From Amoebidium appalachense (taxonomy: Eukaryota; Protista; Ichthyosporea), in contig CAVNZM010000011.1 in the NCBI GenBank assembly GCA_963693365.1, forward strand, positions 6,529,921 through 6,593,920: a DNA stretch of 64,000 nt, read 5' to 3'. Under the pieces are notes generated by a model that ran no database searches, was not told where the DNA came from, and saw only the letters and a program-made list of their open reading frames with translations. This document shows, piece by piece, positions 20,749-33,053 of the stretch. Within the stretch, counting starts at the first letter, position 1, and each line of letters opens with the position of its first letter. The position numbers were made by a program, and so were the translations under genes.

Positions 20749-20876
20749 GCGCGCGCGCGCGCGCGCGCGCAAATATTCACACACACATGCACTCAACGGC
20801 ACACACGCACACGCACCCACCCACCCACACACGCACACACGCACACACACACACACGCACACACACACACACAACA

Positions 20877-20958
<82 letters not shown>

Positions 20959-21442
20959 ACAAAATATGCTGCTTGCCCAGGACCAGCTTTGTAAGTTGGG
21001 TATGGTTGTTTTTGCAGCGCTAAAATAGATGATAAAACAAGAAATAGAGAAAATAAATGAAGAATACTACTAATTGGTATGATATACCCCAACCCCGCTA
21101 GAGGCGACATCCAATACATATCCAATGAATGCGTACCGTGATGTGTTATGCAACACGCTATATCTGTCTTCTGTTCGATGTGAACCAATTTCAGGCCGGC
21201 TACTCTCCGGGTATTAATACCATTTGAATCCTACCCAGGTCTGGCATTGTTCAAATGTTCCTTCAGGGGTGCATGATATGTATGATCTGAATAGATGGTA
21301 CTACTAGCTATAGGGATCGATAAACTGATGTGTCGACATCTGGTGCACGCGTGTGTGGGTCATTCAAGTGCGTGCATGTGTGTGTACGTGTGCTTGTTGT
21401 GCTTGCACCTGTTTACGTACACATGTGCCCATCATGATGTCC

Positions 21443-21501
<59 letters not shown>

Positions 21502-21623
21502 GAAATCCATTGGCGATTCCTGGTGTATGCACTTGCCAAATTAGCTCAGTTTCTCTCAGTGACAGCCATGCACTGGACAAAATCGTGCGCCTGCACGGAC
21601 CTGCGCACAAACACACACACAAC

Positions 21624-21746
<123 letters not shown>

Positions 21747-21775
21747 ACACACACAAACACCCACACCCACACCCA

Positions 21776-21822
<47 letters not shown>

Positions 21823-21984
21823 ACACACACAAACACCCACACCCACACCCACACACACCCACCCACCCACACACACACACACACACACATATCGATCCCT
21901 TCCTCGCTCCCGCTGTCCAGAAGGACATTTTTCTGGGGTAGAGCTCTGGAAGGCGTTGTTTCGTTTATTATTGTTTTATTTGTG

Positions 21985-22015
<31 letters not shown>

Positions 22016-22298
22016 AGAGAGAGAGGAGAGAGAGAGGGACCATGCAAGTTGGCAAAAGTGCAGGCAGGTCCTCTATTAAAAGCGCATGCATGCCGTTCAG
22101 TCTGGAGTTTCAAAAAAGATAGAGCTCAAAATCGCACACGATGAGGGTAAACTTTCTTTGTTTTGTTTTGCTTAGACGTGTTCTTGGGTGTGTTTTCGTT
22201 AGAAGAGTGTCTTGATTAATTTTGATTTTCGATTGAATATCGTTTGGCCATATCATGGGATAGTTTTGATTTGGTAGTGCCGTGCGGACCACACACAC

Positions 22299-22356
<58 letters not shown>

Positions 22357-22369
22357 ACACGCACGCATG

Positions 22370-22451
<82 letters not shown>

Positions 22452-22767
22452 ACAATACTCGTGTGCACATGACAATTCGCGATCGTATGTATGGCCGGGT
22501 AACCAAATATAATCATCACGGCAGGTCTAACTTCTTCGTATGGAAGGTATGTATCACGAGCCCAAGCGCATGCAAAGAGAGCTTCTTCACATGCGAGCAC
22601 ATGCAGTAACACATGCACATCCGTGCACAAGTGCACACGCACTAGTGCACACACGCACACACACGCGCGCGCACACACACGCGCACACACACGCATGCAC
22701 ACACACACACATGACACACACGTACACACACACACACGGTGCATCGGTGTGTAAATGTGTAAATGCC

Positions 22768-22815
<48 letters not shown>

Positions 22816-22850
22816 CAAGGTGTGTGCGTGTGTGCGAATGTGTGTATCTG

Positions 22851-23294
22851 TAGGACCCAACCACATCGGCAGCAACTTGCAAAAGGCAGAATTATCCTGC
22901 AAAAACTGAATTATTCTGCAAAAAGCAGATTTATTCTGCAAAAAGCAGATTTATTCCTCAAAAGCAGAATCACTCTGCTAGAATCACTCTGCTTTTAGCA
23001 GAATCACTCTGCTTTTAGCAGAATCACTCTGCTTTTAGCAGAATTATTCTGCTATAAAAGCAGAATCATTCTGTTTTCGACAGCAGAATTATTCTGCTTT
23101 TAGCAGATTGATTCTGCTTTTAGCAGATTGATTCTGCTCTTTGCAGGGTGATTCTGCTTTTAGCAGATTGATTCTGCTTTTGAAGGATAATTCTGCTTTT
23201 TGCAGAATGATTCTGCTTTTTGCAGAATAATTCTGCTTTTTGCAGAATAATTCTGCTCGGAGCAAGTTGACTCAACTGATGTTGTTGGGCCCTA
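22851..23294. mobile_element. MITE-like element filled with palindromic 20-21-bp units, copy 1
   Basis: Imperfect TIRs TAGGACCCAACCACATC...CAACTTGC / GCAAGTTG...GATGTTGTTGGGCCCTA. The interior is tandem (A)AGCAGAAT(C/T)A(C/T)TCTGCTTTT units. TATCTGT(A/G) is present at both junctions. Confidence 0.7.
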
Positions 23295-23300
23295 TCTGTG

Positions 23301-23383
<83 letters not shown>

Positions 23384-23418
23384 CAAGGTGTGTGCGTGTG
23401 TACGAATGTGTGTATCTG

Positions 23419-23912
23419 TAGGACCCAACCACATCGGCAGCAACTTGCAAAAGGCAGAATTATTCTGCAAAAACTGAATTATTCTGCAAAAAGCAGAATT
23501 ATTCTGCAAAAAGCAGATTTATTCCTCAAAAGCAGAATCACTCTGCTTTTAGCAGAATCACTCTGCTTTTAGCAGAATCACTCTGCTTTTAGCAGAATCA
23601 CTCTGCTTTTAGCAGAAATATTCTGCTATAGAAGCAGAATCATTCCGCTTTCGACAGCAGAATTATTCTGCTTTTAGCAGATTGATTCTGCTTTTAGCAG
23701 ATTGATTCTGCTTTTAGCAGATCGATTCTGCTCTTTGCAGGGTGATTCTGCTTTTAGCAGATTGATTCTGCCTTTGAAGAATAATTCTGCTTTTCGCAGA
23801 ATGATTCTGCTTTTTGCAGAATGATTCTGCTTTTTGCAGAATAATTCTGCTTTTTGCAGAATAATTCTGCTCGGAGCAAGTTGACTCAACTGATGTTGTT
23901 GGGCCGGCCCTA
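23419..23912. mobile_element. MITE-like element filled with palindromic 20-21-bp units, copy 2 (tandem duplicate including left flank)
   Basis: Near-identical to 22851-23294, including the upstream TTCAAGGTGTGTGCGTGTGT flank. It differs in unit number and by a GGCC insertion in the right TIR. The two copies are separated by (GT)n. Confidence 0.7.
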
Positions 23913-24026
<114 letters not shown>

Positions 24027-24926
24027 ACAGGCTCTGTGTGTAGGTGTATGTTTGCACAAACACCATGTATGTGGATGTGTGTGCGCGCGTACGCACATGT
24101 GTGTGCTTGTGTGCCTTGTGTGCTTGTGCACTTGTATTGCGTGTGTGCATGTGTACGTGTGCACGGTATGATGTGCGCATGTACGCGTGTACGTGTGCAT
24201 GGCCGCATGTGCGAGCATGTGGTTGTGTGTGTGTATATGTTGTGTGTGTTTTTGTGTACCAATACGCACGCGCAAGTGTAGGTGTGTGCACGGCATGGCG
24301 TGAACTATTTTTCCCTCTCTCACTCACTCACACACGCGCGCGCTCTCTCCCCTCTCTACCCCCCTCTCTCTCTTTGTATGTGTGTGCGTGCGTGTGTGTT
24401 CTTTTGTGTGCATGTGCGCATGTACATGTGTTCAAGTGCGCGTCTGTCTGAGTGCAGGGAATCCACGTGTGTGTCTGTATGTACGAAGTTTGAAAGGCAT
24501 AGGTAAGACATGTATTGCTGCTTGACATGTAAGCATTACAGTATGATATTTGCTCACCGTGCCACCCAAGTGCACGCGTGTGCATGAAAGCACTCTAGAT
24601 GAGTAGCAAGGAATTTCATGCAGGGCAAGCGCCCATATGATCTTAACCACATGTGAGTATGTGCGTCAAATCATTCATGCATTTATCGCGATCGTTATCT
24701 CGCATGCAGACCAAGTTAAAAATATATCGTTGACTATACTGGTAGACATAGGTGCCTCCCCACAAAAATCTTAAACTAACTGTACCATGCCCAGCATGAT
24801 GATTATGTACAGATTTCGTTTAAACACTTAACAAACTAACACTAATAGGCTATTAAGCCGCATATATTGCATTAGAGCAACGTTCAATGTTTTTTCTCTC
24901 AACATTAAAAGTACGCCTACAGTGTG

Positions 24927-26447
24927 TTAAGCAGAGGAAGCAGGTGTTTTCTGCTGCTGTGATGTCTTTGCTTGTTGTGCAACCTGGGCCTCGCTCTGCA
25001 CCAACCCAAGCAGTGTGGTAAGGGGCAAAAGTGCAACAAGTTGGAATGAACCCGAATAAAGAAACAGGAAAGAATAGCCCCAGCTCTCGATAATCGCACC
25101 GCCGAGGATGGCCGTAACACTGTAGCACAGAATAAGGACATTGTCGACAGCCGCCCACCGCGCCCTGGACCCCGCAGGGGCGTAATCGAAGAGAATTGAG
25201 CGTATGAGTGGCTGGCAGGCGACAAACGAGGTCATCTTAACCAAGTAGAGAAGACAGAAAAGATACCAATACTGCTGCCAGAAAGACGTCGGGACCGCCA
25301 TGATCGCACCGGACGCGGCGGCGATAAACCGACAAACCAAAATGGTTTGCACCCGTCCTGTCTTCCTAGCCGTCCAGTTAGCAACAAGAATCAGGCCCAT
25401 GCTAACGACCGGAACGAGGAGCATGAGCGTGTTGACACCAATTGGACTGACTCCTAGCTGTCCGGAAAGAAAGACGATGTAAAAGCGGCCTGCAACACCG
25501 CCGCCCAACGTGTCAATGGCTTCAGCAAAGGTCAGGAGGTATGGAATCCAGGTAGTGGTCATACTCCACACCCTTCGAACTGAGGTTGTCTCACTTTGTT
25601 CTCCATCCGTGGTATCGGGAACGCAAACAGTTTCGACAGGTTTGGCAGAATCCGAGGGAGGCTTGAGAGCCTGTTCGACGTCGACACATGCAGATGCAAC
25701 GACGTGACCGCATGTGTCCTTAAAGAAAGAAAGGAGAATGATGGCGGGAATAAGTATAAGCATGCCGATACCGTAGACCAGACTCATGCTTCCCATATTC
25801 CACTCGTTCCCAAAAGAGGCAAACAGTACAATGCCTATGACGGGGCCGATGGTGGTGGCAAGAAGCTTAGACATAATGCGGATGGACTCGTATTTTGACC
25901 GGTCACCCGTTTTGATGGAGTCGTGATAGATGGCGGTCATGGCGGGTGAAACCATCCCGGAGAAAAGGGCGGCGGCGGATATGCCGGCGGTAAGGAGAAC
26001 GTAGTTATGCTCCCATGTTGGAAAAGGTTGGAAGAGGGCGGCATGAAGGGCGATTGAAAGGAAACCTACAAAGATGGATGCATACAAAACATAGTCGCGC
26101 CTGTATCGGTCGGCGATATAAGCGGCAGGAAGAGCACCCAAAAGGTTAAAGACACCCTTGATAGCAGAGGTGTATCCGTTATAAACATTATTACCGGTTA
26201 ATGCCAGTATGAATGGAGATTGAACGGTCTTACTTGACATACTAACTGAGATACCAAACACGATGGTGAAAGCTGTTGTAAGGAAAACATTCCTGTTTGT
26301 TTTGAAAATGACAAAAGTGGTTCTGATGGACGCAAACACTTTTGCTATGTGTGAAAATGAGGTATTTTCGCCAGCATTACTGTTTGAGTCTTGGCTGAGG
26401 ATTTCATGGGTATCACACCCTTTCTTTGTGTCCTTGTGGGCTTGCAT
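24927..26447 (-). CDS. Major facilitator superfamily transporter, intronless
   Basis: Uninterrupted ORF, first ATG at 26447. About 12 hydrophobic segments in two halves with a central hydrophilic loop. Motif-A-like AYIADRYRRD in loop 2-3 and TARKTGRV in loop 8-9. Confidence 0.88.
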   Translation of the reverse strand: MQAHKDTKKGCDTHEILSQDSNSNAGENTSFSHIAKVFASIRTTFVIFKTNRNVFLTTAFTIVFGISVSMSSKTVQSPFILALTGNNVYNGYTSAIKGVFNLLGALPAAYIADRYRRDYVLYASIFVGFLSIALHAALFQPFPTWEHNYVLLTAGISAAALFSGMVSPAMTAIYHDSIKTGDRSKYESIRIMSKLLATTIGPVIGIVLFASFGNEWNMGSMSLVYGIGMLILIPAIILLSFFKDTCGHVVASACVDVEQALKPPSDSAKPVETVCVPDTTDGEQSETTSVRRVWSMTTTWIPYLLTFAEAIDTLGGGVAGRFYIVFLSGQLGVSPIGVNTLMLLVPVVSMGLILVANWTARKTGRVQTILVCRFIAAASGAIMAVPTSFWQQYWYLFCLLYLVKMTSFVACQPLIRSILFDYAPAGSRARWAAVDNVLILCYSVTAILGGAIIESWGYSFLFLYSGSFQLVALLPLTTLLGLVQSEAQVAQQAKTSQQQKTPASSA

Positions 26448-26843
26448 GTTGTTGTGTGTGCTTAGACTGACAATCTGACTGATCCGTCCGACACCAAGCA
26501 GACCTGTTATATACCTTTGCTCTGGAATGCTGTAGATCACAGGTGATTGGTGAATTATGACCGGGCAAGCTTATTCCTGGACAGGGTTTGATTTGCGATT
26601 TTGAAACTTTGGGGTATGTAGGGTCCAAATTGTTTGGGATGCGCCAAAAAAAACTTTAAAGGGGAAAATGTTTGGCAAAATCCTGGGTGTGCACAAAAAC
26701 AACATTTCAGACAAGGCCCTCATCCCAGCTACCCCTTCTTTGCCGGGTCCTCGGCCCCAGTAACCCACTGTAGTACCCACTCACGAACCCCCCCTCCCCC
26801 TCCCCCCGCCCCCCGGCCCCTCGCCCGGGCCCCCTCCCCCCCC

Positions 26844-26922
<79 letters not shown>

Positions 26923-27108
26923 CGGCCCGGCTCCCGGTGCCCCTCCCCCCCTCCCCCCCCCTGCCCGAGCTCCCCCCAAAAGGGTCCCTTCCCCCTCCCC
27001 TCCTCCCCCCCCCTCCTCCCCTACCCCCGGCCTGTGGGCACCAATATGTCCACTTCACCCATTCGAGTCCCCCCCTCCCCCCCCAGGGCCTCCCCCCCCC
27101 CCCCCCCC

Positions 27109-27139
<31 letters not shown>

Positions 27140-27770
27140 CCGGAGAATCTTCGGGAATTCAGAAAAACGTTTGAGGAATCCCCAAACATTTATTTGAGAA
27201 TTTCAATTCCTGTTCCTTGAATCCGGAGGTAAACCCTGATTGGATGCTTTGAAAAAACAGTCATCTCGTCCGACGGGCGGAGCGGTGGAGCCGCTTTTGC
27301 ATACTACCGCTAGCATTTACTGAAGGGCACCTTTCCGTAACAGACTTACTATACATGTGTGCGCTGTTTTTCGCGTAGAAAATTTCATTGATATTTGGTA
27401 ATTTATCAAAGTTCTTTGCCAAGCTCTGTTTGATATCATTATGTATCTATCTACTTACTGTAGTACGTAGTAATCGATATCTTAATTGTGGGTTCATACC
27501 TCGACACCTACTAGAGATCCGGGGCGGTTGGCAAAAAAATAAAAACGCAGGATGCGAATATAGAGATCCACGTGATCGTGTTTGGTCGTTGTCACACAGC
27601 AAGAATTAGAGACTCAGTGCTGCTTTTGTGCGGAATTTGTGCTTAGTGCGTGTCTACATGCGTGTGTGCGTGTGTGTATGATATGTAAATAAGTGCCCGC
27701 GTGTGTACGTGTGTACATGTGTGTGTGCACATGTGTGCATGTCACATGATGTACGTGTGTACTTTTGTGT

Positions 27771-27861
<91 letters not shown>

Positions 27862-28121
27862 CGTGCGCGCGTGTGTGTGTGTGCCCGGGGGTGGGTACCG
27901 GTGGGTGGGTGGGTGCGTGCGTGCGTGTGTGTGTGTGTGTTCTAGGCCCGTGTGCGTGAACATGTGTGCGTGTACATGTTCGATTGTGTGGGTATCATAT
28001 GGCTATGATGTATGTGTGTGTGTGTGTTTGTGTGTGGTGTATTTGTTATGTGTGTGTGTGTGTGTGTGTGCGTGTGTCAGTGCACGTGTGTGTGTGTGCG
28101 TGCGTGCGTGTGTCAGTGCAC

Positions 28122-28152
<31 letters not shown>

Positions 28153-28156
28153 TGTG

Positions 28157-28192
<36 letters not shown>

Positions 28193-28220
28193 TGTGCGTG
28201 CGTGCGTACGTGTGTGCGTG

Positions 28221-28311
<91 letters not shown>

Positions 28312-29349
28312 GCTTATGTATGTGTATGTGCGTGTGTTTGTCTGTGCACATGTGTGCGTTAATTTTTGTGCACAGATAAATATGTGTGCCAGTATTAGCA
28401 GCTACCTTTACTGTATCTCTTCTCTCGTTAGCAGGAATTCCTTCTCTTTCTGGATTCTTTGGTAAATGATTAGTCTTCTCTTCTGTCATTCATTCTCACT
28501 TCTATTACTTGCTATCCTTAGTGTTCTCTTCTGTTATCTCATGTTTTTTCTATTATCTTCGTCTTATTAAACGAATGCGCTCGTGACGCTGTGCTTACTT
28601 CAGAAACTGTCATAGACATATGTCCCGTTCAACTTGAGCGTGTTTGAATGTTGGCACGGTGTAACATTCTTGCGTGACCCTGTTATAAGTGGTTACGTTA
28701 GTGACACGCCAGGATGGGCACACATCGTCACCTCCAAAAAAAGTATGCAAGCAGCCATTTTTATCAATCCATTCCCGTGGCACACTCACAGGAATCTTTT
28801 GCATCAGGCAATTTATTGCGCTGGATTGTGTGTGCCCCCCCCTCCCCCCCCCCCCCCCCCCCCCCCCCCCCCACCGGGCTTCCCCCAAAACTGTTGGCAC
28901 TACCCCCTCACCTACAGTGAACAAACCCTACCGCCACAACAAGGGAACATCTCGCCTTTAAAAATTTAATCGCTGCTTCTCTCCCGTTCTTTAATCAAAT
29001 TTCTTCTTTCTCCCTCCCCCCTCTCCCTCCCTCCCCCCCCCCCCTCCCCCCCTCCCCCCCCCCCCCCCAAGAAAAAAAAAAAAAAAAAAACGAAAATCAC
29101 AAATACACACCCCCTTCGCCCTACCCCCTGCATACGCCCGCGTTTTTGCAGGAGCATTAATCTACTGGCTCTTCCTGATCAACAACAAACACCCCCCCCC
29201 CCCCCCCCCCCCCCCCCAGCCTCCCGTACCCACCACCGCCACCGCCACCCCCCTACCCCCCACCCCCTCCTCTTCCCCTCTTCCCCCCCCCCCCCCCCCC
29301 CCCCCTCCACCCCCTCCTCTGGAACTCCCCCCTCTCCAAAAAAAAAAGG

Positions 29350-29600
29350 AGCTTACCCAATCACGAGCTTCCCCTACGTAGTGGAGCCTTTTTCTAAACA
29401 CTTACAATTTCCCTTGCACCCAACCCGGCCTTCTTTTGCCGTTTTGGCACTCTGATGAGCACACAAGTATTGCCATCCCATCCCCCACCCTACCTCGGGA
29501 CATATAGTCTCTTCCTTCACTGTGACCTTCCCCCGGGCTGCACAGCCTGCACTGCCCCTTTGGGACCAACACATCCACACATCTGCCCTCCCTCCCCTTC
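29350..29600 (+). repeat. Diverged interspersed repeat, homologous to ~33890-34110 in the same orientation
   Basis: TACCTCGGGACATATAGTCTCTTCCTTCAC...TGCACTGCCCCTTTGGGACC...ATCCACACATC aligns with TACCCCGGGACAGATAATCTCTTCCTTTAC...TGCACTGGCCTTTTGGGACC...ATCCAGACATC. Boundaries are approximate. Confidence 0.75.
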
Positions 29601-29686
29601 CCCCTCCCCTTCCCCCCTCTGCTTTCCCTCCTCAACCTCCCCGGTGATGTGCACCTTTGTTTTAGGCCGTAAGGGAAAAAAAAAAA

Positions 29687-30317
29687 TCAGCATACCAAAA
29701 ATGCAGTTTCGGTTAGGACTCCTTTAAATTTTGACCCCGGGGGAGGGGGGAGGGGAGGGGGGGGGGGGGGGGGCAGGGGAGGGGCGAAGAGGGGGGAGGG
29801 GGGGGTAATGAGTAATCCACCTATAGCTACCTCCGAGGCTTCCGAGACATGACTGTTTTGTTTGGGGGGGGGGGGGGGGGAGGAGAGGGGGAGGGAGAAA
29901 GGAAGGCGTTTGGGGGGGAGCGGGGGGGAGAGGGGGATAGGTTTAGCTCTGGAGGGGAGTTGGAGGGGGAGGGAGAGAAAAAGGGGCACATAGGGGAGAA
30001 AGGGGCACGGGGGGGGGGGGCGGGGGGTAGGTTTAGGTTGGGGGAGGGAGGGAGGGAGGGGATAAGGGGGAGGGGGGCACGGTTACTATCCCACCCACGT
30101 GTGCCCCTTCCCCCTGCTCCGTCCTCCCTCCCTCCCACGCCCCCTTCCCCCGCGCAAACAATACAGTCATGTCTCGGGAACCTCGGGGGTAGCTATAATA
30201 GGTGGGTTCGTCCCTCCCCCATAATCCCCCCCCCCCCCCCCCCCCCCACCACCACCATCCCCCCGGGGGTCAAAGTTAGAGAGAGTCCTAACTAAAACTG
30301 CACTTTTGGTATCCTGA
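29687..30317. mobile_element. Fold-back (long inverted repeat) element, ~630 bp
   Basis: Outer ~55-bp arms: TCAGCATACCAAAAATGCAGTTTCGGTTAGGACTC...TTTGACCCCGG versus the reverse complement at ~30262-30317. Inner ~50-bp arms: CCACCTATAGCTACCTCCGAGGCTTCCGAGACATGACTGT versus ~30153-30207. G-rich spacers on the left mirror C-rich spacers on the right. Confidence 0.75.
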
Positions 30318-31354
30318 ATTCTTTCTGAGAGTAATTCATGCACGGCATACACACGAAGGCACACACGTTGCAAATTCCTGCGGCACACGCATGTTCACAC
30401 ACGTGCATCCGTGAAAAACACAAACACACTCTCAAGAACGAGAAAATTTGGTTTAGAATTGCTGTGTAATAATAAGCTGCTCGCGGCCCTCCCATGCATA
30501 CCGTTTAGTTACTAATAGCCAATAATACAGAGTAGGTACTTATTATCTTATCTCTGATCATGAACTATTATAACACTGCTGCTTGTACTGCAAAACTTTG
30601 GCTAATAATAACTTTAAAAATTGAACAATATTTAAAGACTGTTCAACCCCTTTACCCTCATTGTGTGCACAAATGGGCTTAAGAGACAAAAAAAAAGGGC
30701 GTGCACGTGGTCTGGTTTAGGGTGGAAGGCTGGCTGGTGGTTTATGGGGCAGAAGCTTGCGGGCTTTGAAACGGGTGGTTGGGGTGGTGTGTGTCAGTAG
30801 TGTGTATGTGAGTGTTCGTAAGGAGGGTGGGTGGGTAGGTGGGTGGGTGGGTGGGTGGGGGGGGGGGGGGGGGGGGGGGGGGGGTTGATTATCATGGGCG
30901 GAAGGCCAATGTACTGTAAAACCTGGTAAAAAAGATGCTTGTGTATGTATACGTCGGCTCCAAATTCTTAATTTTACTTCATCTGTGTCGGGGGCATAGA
31001 AGGGGTATGGTGAGTTTATTTTTTTTATGAATCGTCAACCTATATATCCAAACATATGCCTCCAGGCATAATGAAAAATTCGCATTTCATACACAGTAGT
31101 GTTGGCAAGTGAAACTAATAATTGTACACTGACATATTGCGGCACTGCGGCCGCAAGTAGACATAACATCGGGGCCCTCATGGGGAACTACCGCCTTCCA
31201 CCCCACACAGACAGTACTCTAGCTAAGGTGCTACGGTATTATTAGCTAAACTAACACAGCATATTTGTATTGCCGGTACATAGACCAATTGCACGTCATA
31301 TACAACTAGTAGTGAGACAGTTTAAGAAACCGTTGATCCATTAATTAATTAAAT

Positions 31355-31768
31355 TTACACCTTGCAGCATGTCTCGAGGGAGCAGACGGGCAGCCTCTTG
31401 TTTGTGTAGGGCAGGCAGGGCCGGGAGTCAGCGGGCCATGTGTCTGCGGGGCACTCTGTGTGTGTGGCGTAGAACCAGTCCTTGCAGTTTTTGGGCGTCG
31501 ACCCGCCCTGCAGCCCCTCCTCCTCCTGCCGCCGCGCACGGGGCATGGTCTGCGGCAGGCAGCACGCATCCACCGTGCACTTGTCAAACACCTCGTGGCC
31601 CGCCCAGCGCGCACACCTCCTGCTGCTCCAAACGTCGTAGTGGTCGGGGCAGGCCCCAAGCCCGGAGGCGTCCCACTGTGTGCATGTCATGGCGTAGTTC
31701 TGGGTGCGGGGGTGGGTCGTGCGGCCAGAGGCTACAGCCAGAGCAGCGGCGAGAATCATGGCCTTCAT
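31355..31768 (-). CDS. Secreted cysteine-rich precursor protein, 137 aa, copy 1 (two 6-Cys domains)
   Basis: CCACCATG Kozak context; signal peptide MKAMILAAALAVASG; 12 Cys in two repeats; GC-rich codon usage; ORF preserved in the paralog. Confidence 0.85.
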   Translation of the reverse strand: MKAMILAAALAVASGRTTHPRTQNYAMTCTQWDASGLGACPDHYDVWSSRRCARWAGHEVFDKCTVDACCLPQTMPRARRQEEEGLQGGSTPKNCKDWFYATHTECPADTWPADSRPCLPYTNKRLPVCSLETCCKV

Positions 31769-31801
31769 GGTGGTGGGGTGGGTGCGGTGGAGAGCTGACG
31801 G

Positions 31802-31980
31802 TTTATATGTTGTACGAAGCTTCGAATCCGATATATGATGTTGCGAGGCCGAGCGTTACAGAATTCTGGGGTGGTGTTGGAAACGAGTTGGGTTTTATAG
31901 GTGTCCAGCTGTGATCTCTGTGAGACTGTGCCTGGCAAAATCGACCATACCGCAAATTGCAAACACTGTCCGGATTGGTG
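31802..31980 (-). promoter_or_regulatory. Putative core promoter of copy 1 (TATA-like motifs and CCAAT box)
   Basis: Minus-strand TATAAACCGTC (TATAAA at 31802-31807), CTATAAAA (31893-31900) and CCAATCC (~31972-31978). The same motif order occurs upstream of copy 2. Confidence 0.45.
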
Positions 31981-32880
31981 TTTCAACCAGACGATACATA
32001 CATACGTGCAGGTTTGCCGGAGTGGGCATGATGATATTAGTGCCAAATTATCCTCCACAAGGTGGCCAATGAAAGAGGATACGGATGATACAGTACAATG
32101 TTCGGTTTTATAAAAACCTCTGTACAAGTCATCTTATTATGGACATCTAACAGTGAATCTAAAAAGCTCGGCTTATTTAGTAGTAAGTTGACATATGGAT
32201 GCGTGGTTGAGACGCCGCGTGCGCGGCCAGAAAGGCCCGAAGCACCGGAGCGTTTTCAAAGGTCAACTATCATGCACATTAGGGACGAAGATTGCAGAAG
32301 GCAGATGATTGAATGTAGTTGGATGTAAACAGATAACGAAGAATTCCACAGAATTTTTCCATGCGCTATGATTCACGGTGTGAAATGATCTCAAACGCCT
32401 GTCAGAAACTATAGTAAAGCAGCGCAAATAATTAACGAAAACGTTATTCAACAAAGAGTAAAAAAACACAAGAACTATGGGGAGTCGTTACAGTATCAAA
32501 TCTTAGCTGTTTACGCACTGTGCGCACAGCAAACTGATTTTATTGACTGTGTTATGTGGTAACGGAACTGCATGACATTTGACCACACATCAGCCGAGAT
32601 CGAGTCGCCGACTGTCCGGGCACGGCCCTCTCCGGGGCTCCGGCAGCGCACGACTGGCTGACGGCTTGCACGATTATTCCTGTGTCCGTGCACGCGTAAT
32701 ACACGGGTATCCTGCAGTAGTAGGAAGAAAAGAGTTTTAGATACAGCTGTAAGAAAAAAATGTCTCGAAATTGAGCTCCCTTTTTCAAAATCTCCCTATC
32801 ATCGTCCCCAAAGCCACGACACCCTAAATGACAGCACACCGTAGGAGAAACGATTGGTATGTAAACATATGGTAGCTCAG

Positions 32881-33017
32881 CCAATCCAGTCAATGTTACA
32901 ATCCCACAATGCAAGCTTGCCGCTCTGCATCTATAAAAGCACATCCCATTTCGAATCTGTTTCTAATCGTAAACAGGAAGTTGGAAACAACAGTACAAGC
33001 ACACACTCTATTATAAA
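32881..33017 (+). promoter_or_regulatory. Putative core promoter of copy 2 (CCAAT box and TATA-like motifs)
   Basis: CCAATCC (32881), CTATAAAA (32931-32938), TATAAACCGTC (33012). Confidence 0.45.
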
Positions 33018-33053
33018 CCGTCGATCAGCCCTTCACCGCACCCGCCCACCACC

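Noticed and set aside
22871-23875. Palindromic ~20-bp repeat arrays as a CRISPR array
   Set aside because: Units are contiguous with no unique spacers, there are no cas genes, the context is eukaryotic, and the array is bounded by TIRs.
26582-27238. hAT-type MITE with CAGGGTTT...AAACCCTG ends
   Set aside because: Only 8 bp of perfect inversion and no matching 8-bp TSD.
31345-31914. Alternative-frame and antisense ORFs overlapping the cysteine-rich genes and the transposase
   Set aside because: These are shadow ORFs of GC-rich coding sequence, without signal or domain logic.
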